64,000 nt of DNA from Eutreptiella sp. 'Long Island Sound 2002' (Eukaryota > Protista > Euglenida): NCBI GenBank assembly GCA_964036045.1, contig OZ038379.1:4092001-4156000 (forward strand), in the 5' to 3' direction. Shown here piece by piece: positions 1 to 11,600 of this stretch. Position 1 is the stretch's first letter. Every line of letters begins with the position of its first letter. A program made the position numbers and the translations under genes. The notes under the pieces are model-generated. The model was given only the letters and a program-made list of their open reading frames with translations, was not told the DNA's origin and ran no database searches.

Positions 1-137
1 GACATGCTTGTTCTCGCGGACCACCAAAGCGTTCTGCAACATGGCCTCGTCCCACCACCCGGCAGCATAGAGCCGGCCCCCGGGTGCCGACTGGTACCGA
101 TAAGTGCACAGGACAATGCATCACCAATGCGAGGGAG

Positions 138-140
<3 letters not shown>

Positions 141-190
<50 letters not shown>
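141..190. repeat. (CA)n microsatellite
   Basis: Pure AC dinucleotide run of about 25 units. Confidence 0.97.
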
Positions 191-193
<3 letters not shown>

Positions 194-504
194 TGGGAAG
201 TAACTTCAATCTCTGGCTCAAACCAGGTGGCACCGGTTAGTCAGGGATGAGACTGAGGTGTGCTGGCATCTGAAAGCCGCTGGCGGATGCATCTCCTGAA
301 GACCGAACCCGGAGCGGACGCCGTGCCGAATACCACACAACCGATGAGGCCAAATCCAGTCGTCGAGCTTCGGAATTCTCCAAATTAACAAAAAGGAGCA
401 TGTCTATCTTGTGAAGGGCGATATTTGAGTGCACGTGGGACATTCCAATGAAATGAGATGCTGCCACATTGCAACAGCATATGATTCGGGACGATATGAG
501 AATG

Positions 505-566
<62 letters not shown>

Positions 567-592
567 CACACGCACACACACACACACACACA
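505..592. repeat. (CA)n microsatellite (left boundary of a GC-rich inserted block)
   Basis: About 44 CA units with a few CG interruptions. Confidence 0.97.
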
Positions 593-1120
593 GGAGGAGG
601 AGGAGGAGATGCGGTCCCCCGGTAGGGCGCCCCCGCGGCACATCTCCATGGTGCCCGCCGGCCCCCCACGGTCTGGAAAGCGACCGGGAGGGAGGTTTCA
701 CCCCAACCCGTCCGGCTAAGCATCATGGCGGCGGCTCTCCTCTTCGTCTCCTCCCCTTGTCCCCTGGCCCGCGCTACGTGCATGCACCCGCCCTACACGT
801 AGCCGGATCCCCTCCCAGGGGCACGGAATGGGGGGCGAGGCGGAGCGCCGGCTCCACTTCCGGCACGGTCCACCACCCCCCCAAGGGAAGGGGGACGCAG
901 TCTCACGGGTGTGGGCCCTTAGCCGCCAGGTACTACCGACTGGGCGGCGTTTGGCCGGCGGATCACGGGGGCTTGGTCCGTGGCCCGGTCCCCCCCCCTC
1001 CCCCGGCGCACGGCACTTCTGCCGAAGGTGTCCGTGCGCGGGGCCATCCTCTAACCCTCCGGTCGTGTCCCCCCAATCCGCAGTGCCGCACGTCTGCGGA
1101 GGGGACACGCAAACCCCCGC

Positions 1121-2070
1121 CTCGGTGAATCCAAAGCGAAGGAGGCCCCCTCGCCTCAGCGGCGGGGGCCTCGGTGGTCCCAAAGCGAAGGAGGCCCCTT
1201 CGCCTCAGCGGCGGGGGCCTTGGTGATCCCACAGCGAAGGAGGCCCCCTCGCCTCAGCGGCGGGGGCCTCGGTGTCCGAAAGCAAAGGAGGCCCCCTCGC
1301 CTCAGCGGAGGGGGCCCCGGTGGTCCCAAAGCCAAAGAGGCCCCCTTGCCCCAGCGGCGGGGGCCTCGGTGGTCCCAAAGCGAAGGAGGCCCCCTCGCCT
1401 CAGCGGCGGGGGCCTCGGTGGTCCCAAAGCGAAGGAGGCCCCCTCGCCTCAGCGGCGGGGGCCTCGGTGGTCCCAAAGCCAAAGAGGCCCCCTCGCCTCA
1501 GCGGCGGGGGCCTCGATGGTCCCAAAACGAAAGAGGCCCCCTCGCCTCAGCGGCGGGGGCCTTGATGGTCCGAAAGCGAAGGAGGCCCCCTCGCCTCAGC
1601 GGAGGGGACCTCGATGGTCCCAATGCAAAAGAGGCCCCCTCGCCTCAGCGGAGGGGGCCTCGGTGGTCCCAAAGCCAAGGAGGCCCTCTCGCCTCAGCGG
1701 AGGGGGCCTCGATGGTCCCAAAGCCAAAGAGGCCCCCTCGCCTCAGCGGCGGGGGCCTCAGTGGTCCCAAAGCCAAAGAGGCCCCCTCGCCTCAGCGGCG
1801 GGGGCCTCGATGGTCCCAAAACGAAAGAGGCCCCCTCGCCTCAGCGGCGGGGGCCTTGATGGTCCGAAAGCGAAGGAGGCCCCCTCGCCTCAGCGGCGGG
1901 GGCCCCGGTGGTCCCAAAGCCAAAGAGGCCCCCTCGCCTCAGCGGCGGGGGCCTCGGTGGTCCCAAAGCCAAAGAGGCCCCCTCGCCTCAGCGGCGGGGG
2001 CCTCAGTGGTCCCAAAGCGAAGGACGCCCCCTCGCCTCAGCGGCGGGGGCCTCGGTGGTCCGAAAGCCAA
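1121..2070 (+). repeat. 49-bp tandem array (about 19 copies), each unit containing a GC stem-loop
   Basis: Consensus GGTGGTCCCAAAGCGAAGGAGGCCCCCTCGCCTCAGCGGCGGGGGCCTC; the GAGGCCCCC / GGGGGCCTC inverted repeat is present in each unit. Confidence 0.95.
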
Positions 2071-3659
2071 GTGTGGGGGAAGGAAAAATACCTGGCGAAC
2101 CCACGGGGCGTCCCTATCCCTCCGCGGCCCAGGCTGGACCGGAGGGACTCGGGTGTAACCGCCGCTGTGTGGGGGAAGGAAAAATACCTGGCGAACCCAC
2201 GGGGCGTCCCTATCCCCCCGCGGCCCAGGCTGGACCGGAGGGACTCGGGTGTAACCGCCGCTGTGTGGGGGAAGGAAAAATACCTGGCGAACCCAAGGGG
2301 CGTCCCTATCCCCCCGCGGCCCAGGCTGGACCGGAGGGACTCGGGTGTAACCGCCGCTGTGTGGGGGAAGGAAAAATACCTGGCGAACCCACGGGGCGTC
2401 CCTATCCCCCCGCGGCCCAGGCTGGACCGGAGGGACTCGGGTGTAACCGCCGCTGTGTGGGGGAAGGAAAAATACCTGGCGAACCCACGGGGCGTCCCTA
2501 TCCCCCCGCGGCCCAGGCTGGACCGGAGGGACTCGGGTGTAACCGCCGCTGTGTGGGGGAAGGAAAAGTACCTCACGACCCCACGGGGCGTCCCTATCCC
2601 TCCGCGGCCCAGGCTGGACCGGAGGGACTCGGGTGTAACCGCCGCTGTGTGGGGGAAGGAAAAATACCTGACGACCCCACGGGGCGTCCCTATCCCTCCG
2701 CGGCCCAGGCTGGACCGGAGGGACTCGGGTGTAACCGCCGCTGTGTGGGGGAAGGAAAAATACCTGGCGAACCCATGGGGCGTGCCTATCCCCCCGCGGC
2801 CCAGGCTGGACCGGAGGGACTCGGGTGTAACCGCCGCTGTGTGGGGGAAGGAAAAATACCTGGCGAACCCACGGGGCGTCCCTATCCCCCCGCGGCCCAG
2901 GCTGGACCGGAGGGACTCGGGTGTAACCGCCGCTGTGTGGGGGAAGGAAAAATACCTGGCGAACCCACGGGGCGTCCCTATCCCCCCGCGGCCCAGGCTG
3001 GACCGGAGGGACTCGGGTGTAACCGCCGCTGTGTGGGGGAAGGAAAAATACCTGGCGAACCCACGGGGCGTCCCTATCCCCCCGCGGCCCAGGCTGGACC
3101 GGAGGGACTCGGGTGTAACCGCCGCTGTGTGGGGGAAGGAAAAATACCTGGCGAACCCACGGGGCGTCCCTATCCCTCCGCGGCCCAGGCTGGACCGGAG
3201 GGACTCGGGTGTAACCGCCGCTGTGTGGGGGAAGGAAAAATACCTGGCGAACCCACGGGGCGTCCCTATCCCCCCGCGGCCCAGGCTGGACCGGAGGGAC
3301 TCGGGTGTAACCGCCGCTGTGTGGGGGAAGGAAAAATACCTGGCGAACCCACGGGGCGTCCCTATCCCCCCGCGGCCCAGGCTCATCCGGAGGGACTCGG
3401 GTGTAACCGCCGCTGTGTGGGGGAAGGAAAAATACCTGGCAAACCCACGGGGCGTCCCTATCCCCCCGCGGCCCAGGCTGGACCGGAGGGACTCGGGTGT
3501 AACCGCCACTGTGTGGGGGAAGGAAAAATACCTGGCAAACCCACGGGGCGTCCCTATCCCTCCGCGGCCCAGGCTGGACCGGAGGGACTCGGGTGTAACC
3601 GCCACTGTGTGGGGGAAGGAAAAATACCTGACGAACCCACGGGGCGTCCCTATCCCTCC
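2071..3659 (+). repeat. 96-bp tandem array (16.5 copies), highly homogeneous
   Basis: Unit starts GTGTGGGGGAAGGAAAAATACCTGGCGAACCC at 2071, 2167, 2263 ... 3607 (partial); exact 96-bp period. Confidence 0.97.
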
Positions 3660-4354
3660 AGTTGCGCAGCCAGGCCAGGTGCACATTGCCCCATGACCTG
3701 TGACCGGGGGGCCTCCCCTTATTTCAAAGCAATTCATGGGGAGACTGACTGCCGGAGCTGCCGGCAGGTGCCACTGCCCCGGCGTAGTGAGCACCGTAGC
3801 GGCAGGCACTGGCCCTTACCTCCGCCCCGATGCTGGCTCCCCTTTATTCCACCACCTCCCAGCTCCGGTCCAGGCATCCCGCCGGGTGCAGCAGGGCGCG
3901 TGGCTGTGAGGCCTGATGTCACGGTTGCCCCGCATTGCATCGCAGGGCAGGACCGGTAGCCCCCCGTGACATCAGGCCCCTGGCCGGAGGCAATAGTGGT
4001 TGTGCCCCTGGCCCGGACGGGCGTCGGATAGGACGATGTCCCCACCCCACGATGTACCTGTGCAGAACACAAGGTGCAGTGGGTTGGGGCAGGGGAGCGC
4101 ACACGAGCCCTGGAGAGGGCTGGGTCACAGGGGGACCCGGGTTACTCCCGCATACCGCCACCCCCCGGTGGAGCCCGCCCTGTGCCATCGTGGCTTTCCC
4201 ACGGTGGCCGGCGAGGGGTGGGGCGCGCGATCCCGTGCCCTGGCCGCCGCGGCTGGACCAGGGCACCCCCCAGATTGCGTGTTAGCCCGGGGGGGACCCC
4301 CCCCGGTTTCACCCCCACACCACGGTGAGGTCACGCGCCCCTGGGCAGCTGTGG

Positions 4355-4357
<3 letters not shown>

Positions 4358-4431
<74 letters not shown>

Positions 4432-4452
4432 GCACACACACACACACACACA
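4358..4452. repeat. (CA)n microsatellite
   Basis: About 47 CA units. Confidence 0.97.
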
Positions 4453-5133
4453 TCCACCCACCCCCTCGCTCCCTCGCTCATAGCACTGAAGGCAAACAGT
4501 ACCGAGGCCCTCCACCCCCTGCATCTGCAATGGGTGCATCTTTGTTGAAGGATCAACGAAGAGACGGATGGTGGCGTCATGCGACAGATGTGTGCCGAGG
4601 GCTGCTCGCATGGGCCCGATGGTGAAGTGCATGGACCCCCCACCCCCTTCTCCCGGAGCTTCATACCGTTTTGCCGTTGGCTTTCCGTGCTTCCCGTTGT
4701 CAAACGGACAACACCACCGGTCTACCCCACCATCGCCTCCGGGGAGTTGCCCGCCGCCGGCAGCTGCATGCCCCGGTCTTAAAATGCTCACCGCTGTGGG
4801 TCAGGGGCCTTCGTTGATTGGCGGCTAATTGCCCGGGGAGGGGGGGGGGGGGGACTGAAGAGCACCAACCAATACTGCCTCCGGTTGGGTGGTTTCTAGG
4901 CTGGCTGCCGATGGACGGTGGCGGGTAACAGACGGCGGGTTGATGGGTAACCGACCCTGCACAAGATGCGGGGGCGAGAGGGAGGGGGGGGGGTCAGGGT
5001 TCTTCAAGAAAACAAAAGAAGGGCCTTCTACAAGAGCCCCTTGAAACAGGAGCGTCCTGATGGCGAGTCGTCGAGGCCGCCCCCACCGCCCACATCCCTC
5101 GTGCCGTGGACACGACGGACACCGTCCCGTCGC

Positions 5134-5646
5134 TCAGGAGGTGTCGGGTATGCCCGGGTCTGCGCCGAGCGCAACTTCCGGGAGCTGCGAAGCAGGGGCC
5201 AGAGGCACCGGCACGGGCACGGGCACGGGCACGGGTACCGCAGACACTGGCCCTGGAGCGAGCGCGGGGGCCGCGGCCGGGGCCGCTACACTGTCCATCA
5301 CCGTCATTTCCCCCTCCGCCGGGGCAGCGACGGCGGCCACGGGGCTGTGTGCCAGGGCGGTGGGCAGGCTGTGCGCGGGCATGCCCAGCACCACGGGCTC
5401 CCCCACCGCCGCGGCGAGCGGCAGGGCGATGGGGGGCGCCGCGGTGCCCCCCGGGGCCAGGACGCCTGCGGGGCTCGCGGCGGCGTCGCTGGGGGCGGCC
5501 GCAAGCGGCGGATTGGGGGCGGGGCGGCTGCTGGCGCGGAGCTCATCCAGGCGCTGCTCGAGACGCTTCTGAATGGCCAGCAGCGCTTGCTCCTCTTCTT
5601 CGATGGTGTTGTAGGGGGTCTGGTCCTCAAAGCCCCCGGGCTGTAC
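5134..5646 (-). CDS. Exon 9: coiled-coil plus Ala/Pro-rich tail
   Basis: Acceptor ctgcag|GTACAG; EEEEQALLAIQKRLEQRLDELRA; TGA at 5134-5136. Confidence 0.7.
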   Translation of the reverse strand, partial: VQPGGFEDQTPYNTIEEEEQALLAIQKRLEQRLDELRASSRPAPNPPLAAAPSDAAASPAGVLAPGGTAAPPIALPLAAAVGEPVVLGMPAHSLPTALAHSPVAAVAAPAEGEMTVMDSVAAPAAAPALAPGPVSAVPVPVPVPVPVPLAPASQLPEVALGADPGIPDTS

Positions 5647-8600
5647 CTGCAGTTGTGTAACATGGGGGCGGCAACAGTGGGACGTGCCAATGGGCGAGCG
5701 AGCGAGCGAGCGAGTGGGTGGGTGGGTGCTCTGTGAAGTCTGACGTCGTGAGGTTTGGCATACCATCGGCCCATTCCAAAAAAAAAAAAAGGTGAAGGAG
5801 GTTTGCCCCGTTTTGTGGCAGATTTGTTGTTTCGCTGACTGACCACTCTGCGGCACTTCAGACGTAAACACGTGGACAGTAGTTCTCCAGTTCATGGTCT
5901 TGCCAATGCCATCGCTGGCGAATCGCTGGTGCTCCTGACAGGCCTGAGAGGCCTGCTGCACCGTCGTTCCCGGCTTCAGAGAGCCCAACGACGTGAGTTT
6001 TGATTTCGCTTCGTCCATTCGGGAAGCCTCAGGGTGTTGTTTGCTGGTCGCCGCTGCACGTCCCAGGCCACTGCGTGCCCTGTGCCCCGTGGGGCCCCCT
6101 GGGGTGCCCATTCCCATTCTCAGACCGAAGTTTGGAGGACTACATCAGACACGAATGCTGCGGGGAGCTGTGACACAGGGCCAAAGGGTTCCGGGTCACC
6201 AAGAGGCACAGCTCACTGGCATGCTGCAGTCTGCGTTGCCGGGCTTTTGCATTTTGCCCGCTGCATTGCTACGCTGGAGCTTGCTTCGTGTGTCTGTGTG
6301 TGTGTGTGTGTGTGTTGGGCGGGCACGAGGGCTGAGGAGAAGGCTGAGTGAGGAGTAATGGGAAACAGCGCAGATGGTGGCCAGCAGTGCTCCGCTTGAG
6401 GGGGAGGGAGGCAGACGGGTGGTTTCAAGAGGGGCTGCAGGAGCGGTCACTGGAGGTTGGGAAACGGTTTCAGCAGCCGTGCTGGCGATTGCAAACCGGT
6501 TGGAGGGCCATGGGGGGTGGACAGAAGCGGTTGGGGCGGAACTGCCAGCCATCCTCCGAAAGGGGGGCGCGCGTACAATCCCCCCTTCAAGCGTGGGCCT
6601 GGGGGCACGGGCTGCACCTGCGACAGCTTGCAGTTCTTCTTGTTAGGAGGGGCCTTCAGGCCTCCCTCCTTGAGGACGCAGCGCTGCCCTCCCTCCTCGG
6701 CCTCAAGAATCGCCGCTTGCAGAGCACTGACCCCGTTGGCCATGGGCACGCGCCATTCCCAGGGTAGCACAACCTGCGAGAGATGGGATTGGGGGGGGGG
6801 GGGGCAGTACGAGTGGGACTCCACGGGAAGCCAATGAGGTCCCCGAATGGGCGGACCTCGAAGGAACCCCTCCTACTTGAAGCACCGATCGTAGCCCCCA
6901 GTTGTCAGTCAAACTCACCACAAAATCCAACAGTGGCAGCCCCATGCTTCACAACATGTCGCCTGGAGCACTATGACCCTGCACCACAGCTCCGACTCCC
7001 TGTAGCACGGGCGGCCCCATAGTTGCGCACAAACATGGCTGTGTGCGCGTACAACAGGAAAGCGACACGCTGGGACGGGCTTTGCATGCGGCATTTTGGA
7101 CAACATGCAGGGCCATGCTCTTGCTAATTGACTGCACAAACACGTCACAGACAGGGGCAACAAGAGGGACGAGCACCTGCGCATTCTCTGAGCGGCACCC
7201 GTACCACTCATGAGTCCCGTAGAAGCGGACCAGAGTGTCATTCGTGCTGCCAAGGAATTCGTTGAGCACGTCGTCCGGAACCACCCGCAACTCCTGCTCC
7301 AAGACTGTCTGCGCTGGCCACCAGGGGCAATTGGGGACCTTGACCCAGACTTTATCCCCTGCGCACGAAATGCATCGGGTCGGTTCTGTGTGACTGAATG
7401 ATGCGCGGGAGAAGATCCTGATGGACATGGGGCCCAGTCCCACGACTCATGCATGAAACCCACGTCAAATGGCAAGAGGATGACATCTGTTGTCAAACCG
7501 ATCAAACAACCAACAGACGCTTCCCTGAGAATAACAGATCTGATCGAGCCACGTCGGGGTCAGGGTCAGATTCAAAATCATGGTCAGCGTCATCGCCAAT
7601 CTCAGGCCACAAACGTTGATTCAGGTTGCCCAGGGATTGAGGCCAGTAATACACAACCGCATCACACACGGCACAATGCACAGCCGCATTGCACAAGGGC
7701 ACGCCGCAGAACCACATCACACTCAGGCAAAACGCATAACCCCGCCACACTGGGCACAATACACAACCACCTCACACAAAGCACAGGCACAACCACGTCA
7801 CACAGGCACAATGCAAAACACAATGTGGCTTCGTGGGTTGGGCATTGGCCCGGGTGCTGGTTGTGTCTCCTGCGGGGGATCCATAGCGAGCATGATGCCC
7901 TCCCTGTCCCGATTGCACAAGGGCAACAGTTGATTGGGAAGGGGCTTTGTGTGGCACGAGGTATTGCCCCGGACCTGGCATAGCCCAAGCAGGAATGGTG
8001 TCATGTTGCCCATCCCTTCGAAGTTGCAGGGTGGCCGAGGTACTGGTGGACCGGTCCACACAGGCCCCGTGCCGAACACCTGGTTCTCTGTTTCCAAAGT
8101 TGTGTGGCACCACGGGAGCATCAACATTATGGGCTCTTGTGGCACTCCACACCAACGGCTTACCCCCCTACTAGTCCAGAGAAGGGCCTGTCCCATTTGA
8201 TTTGCAGATGGGCTTCTTCCGACCATCGCTCCAAAAGCTAGACACTGGGTCTCTGTGCTGTCTGCAAACCCGATGATCAGCGGATGGCCATGGCGGTCAT
8301 GGTGTTGAGTCTATCCTTTGTCCACGGCAAACACTCCCTGTGTGTGGCCGCCACTGCCGAGAGAAAGGTGCCCATATGTCTTTGTACCAGTGCTCTCACG
8401 GGTGGTTTGGACACGTCCAGTGCACGTGGAAGCGACGGTCGTAGATCCGGTCAGGGTGGGGCCAACCCACTTCCCCACACCACCCGTGCATGAGGCTGCA
8501 GATCCAGCCTTCCCCCTTGGGGCCACACGTGCCCACGTCTGTGACAAGGTCCCCGAGGTGCACGCGTGGGACCCCGCGTATGAGACCCATGTGTGGCCCT

Positions 8601-11600
8601 GTGTGGCCACGGGGCATCATCAGGTGTGACCCAGCGACCGGGGGTGACCATGTGCGACCCGTCATGCGATGACGCGGGGGCGGGGAGCACCCGTGAACGT
8701 GAACAGCTTCGCGCTGGGGTCCTGTTCCAGCATCTCTTCAATGGTCTTCTTGCGCTTCTTGCGGCGGTCGTCATGGGCGGCACCCGACCCGCGGCCCGAG
8801 GCGCGGGCCGGCTCCTCCTCCTCATGCTCCTCCCCCTTGACGTGTTCTCTCGGGGGCTGCTCCACGGCGGCCTCGTCCTTGGCGGTGTCGTCCTTGCCCC
8901 CCTTCGGGTCACGGTCCCGGAACAGTTTCAGCCGCTCCTCGAGCGACCGATATCTGGGGCAGAGGCGGCAGTGAGAGGTCGACTGCTCCGTATCCACATC
9001 CACCGCCGAGCACAAAAGCCCGCAGAAAAAGCAACGACGACGACAATGACAACGATCAGGTTTGACTTGGTCTTCTTATTGGGTCATATCTGACTGTGAA
9101 CCGGGGGTGGGGGGGGCAGTCCTGAAAGCGAAGAATGCGAAGACAAGACCGTACTCCACGCTCAAGGGGCTGCACACCTTTTGCCGAAGAAGTGTGCATT
9201 CTCGAAGTCCAGGAGATGCGTCTCATAAATGATCTGTGGACAGGAGCGCGGACAGCAACACATCAGTCGTCGGTTCCCACGGCCCAAAACCAGACCCATA
9301 GCCCCCTTCAGCCTTTGAAAAAGACCAACAGAGCAGCGGGAGTGGAAGTGTTCGATAGGGGCCGTACAGGCGGTGCACCAAGGCCTGGAGGTTTGTACAA
9401 CGCGCTTTTGGTTGTCAAGGGCAGTTCTGGGGGAGTGGGATCTGCATGTGACGGAGGGAACTTGTGGGCGGCGCGCGGGGGGTTGTGGGTGAGGGTGGAA
9501 TCCCTGTGCTGCTGCTCAATTGCAGCCCTTCTGCCCCCGTGGCGTCCCCTCCCTTGCCAGCGCTGCTGGAGGCTTCTCATGCAGTCATTCCCGTGTTCAG
9601 ACGGTGCTCGCCACCACAACTTCAAGTAGGAAAGGCAACACAGCGCCCAGGGGGTCCCGGCTCCCCAAGTGGTACGGAGGGTTTGTCCTTCGGGTTTAGG
9701 GTGGAGGACGAGGTCCACTCTGATACGGAAGATGAACAGACGAGCCGCCCCACGGGCCGCACAATTTTGGGAGAATTGACAGGGCACACATGACCGCAGC
9801 CCTTGCAGAATGTCTCTCAGGGTGTGCGTGTTCAGAGCCCAGGGAGAGCGCCTTCCCCATTCTCAGTGTTGCTGGTGGAGTGCCCACCCTGTGTCAGAGG
9901 CCAGGCGGGTCCCCCACAAATCCACACTCCTGCTGAGGACCCTGGGGGCCCAGTGCGCGGGGGGCTGAGGGGCAATGCGAGGCCACCTGGCCACAGGGTT
10001 AGTGCACTGGCCAGCGGGCCATGGCACAGCCACAGGGAGGGCGATGCTGAAATGAGTGAGATCCAGCCCCGCTGCCGCGCCTGCCGCAGATTCCTATTTT
10101 TGTAAGACCAGGGGGTACGCCCCAAAGGCAGTCGTATGCCCGGCACGCAGCAAAGGAACATGCGGAGGGGGGGTGGGGAACACAGGATGCCAAGCATTGA
10201 CACCTTCAGGGCTGTTGAGGGAAGGGCAGTGGCATGTCTTTTGCTGGCCTGCCTGTGTTGAGGGAGGTCATTGGTGGCGATGGGGGGAAACGGGGCGCAA
10301 GAGTGGAAGACCATATCCCACTGCTCACAACTGCAGCCACCTGCCTCCATGGCGACCACTCCCCTGCCAGCGCTGGCAAAGGCTTCTCATTCAGTCATCC
10401 CCAGACCGTGAAGTTTGAACGGTGCTTTGAGGGCTGGGGGGTACTTGTCGGACGTGTTGCAGCCATGAGCACCTGTTGTTACTTCGTGCTTAGCATAGTG
10501 CAGAGGGTCCGTGGGGTTTGTTGGCCAGCGTGCCTGTGTGGACTTTGTGAGAGACCCTGATCTCCCGAGTCGGAAGCTGCAAGGGCGAGGGTATGGGAGG
10601 TTGCAACCTCCAGGTCTGCCCTCCATTATTGCAGTCACATGCCATCACATCTGCCCTGCCTCCGTGCTTCCTCACTGCCCTAGGCTGCGGGATATGGCGC
10701 AGGTCAGAGAATATGGTTCGAGCCTGCAGGTCTCTCACTGATGCCATGCTACACAAACGGTACCTTGATGCGGTTTGCGATGGACGTCGACGTCCAGTTC
10801 ATCTCTTCGTAGATGAGCGGCAGCCAGCCATTCAATTTGACGGTCTCCCAACCCCCCATTTGCACCACAAAGTTGTACAAATACCTGAGGCGTGAAGCAG
10901 GGGCAGGGGCATGGTCGCACGTAGTCACACATGGTCATGCATGGTCAATCATGGTCGAACACAGATACGCATGGTCACACAGAGTCATACATGGTCCTTA
11001 CATGTCATACAAATGGTCATACATGGTCATACATGGTGACACATGGCATACAAGGTGATTAAGTGGTCATGCATGGTCACACATGGTCAAACACAGCCAC
11101 ACGTGGGCAAAATTGGTCACACAGAGTCATACATGGTCATACATGGTCATGCACGGTGGTACATGGTGGTGCACCGTGGTGCACGGTGGTGCACGGTGGT
11201 GCGCGGTGGTGCATGGTCCCACACGTCCACCTCGGACACAAAGTCACAGCGCATCGTCATGTGTGACTCCAAACGGCCAGGTAGGTCACGACACCAGCAC
11301 ACCGCAATGGGGCTGTCCTTAACTTCCGCTACCCCACCGCCATCCGTTCGCTGCGACCTGTCACCTGCCACTTAGATGACTGGTTTCGTCCGATGGTGCA
11401 GCAGATCACACCCTGGGGCCCTGGGACACTGGGGCAGGGGACCCGATGGATAGTGGAGGCCAAAGGGGATGAGCACGGAGCGGTGGAGGGGAGTGGGTGG
11501 CTGAGGGGGCTGAGTACTCGGGCTGAGAGCAATGAGGAGGGGGAGGGAGCTGAGGCCGGTGGTGCAGGCGTCGGGGGGATTCTTTTTTTCGTGGCTATGG

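Larger units (their letters stand above)
593..4357. mobile_element. GC-rich block bracketed by (CA)n tracts; probable degenerate retroelement carrying two internal tandem arrays
   Basis: CA tracts abut both ends (505-592, 4358-4452). Unique parts (593-1120, 3660-4357) are GC-rich with broken frames. The 3660-4357 part shares a D...TRC.G-type peptide with the relic near 34080. No catalytic motif recognised. Confidence 0.35.

Noticed and set aside
4-783. ORFs with HT/VC dipeptide runs
   Set aside because: These are translations of CA microsatellites. A possible minus-strand exon at 1-91 (RLYAAGWWDEAMLQNALVVRENKHV) could not be tied to a gene.
1121-3659. CRISPR-like array (hairpin repeats at regular spacing)
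   Set aside because: The sequence between hairpins is itself repeated, so there are no unique spacers. No cas genes, and the context is eukaryotic.
1174-3959. Long ORFs of 581-840 aa on both strands
   Set aside because: They arise from stop-free tandem units (96 bp = 32 codons); several frames are open at once and there is no domain signal.
5647-6117. 5' half of the 327-aa ORF 5134-6117 as coding
   Set aside because: The exon at 6773-6618 splices in phase to the acceptor at 5646. The intervening sequence has poly-T and GCGA/GGGT simple repeats typical of intron.
7205-7205. Alternative donor TG|GTACGG for the PWWP exon
   Set aside because: No phase-2 acceptor exon was found. The donor at 7177 gives a phase-0 join that completes the PWWP fold.
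7850-8660. Separate gene inside ARID intron 6 (also 33850-34580 and 36150-36900)
   Set aside because: Broken frames with no catalytic motifs. These look like old non-LTR retroelement relics but are too degenerate to name.
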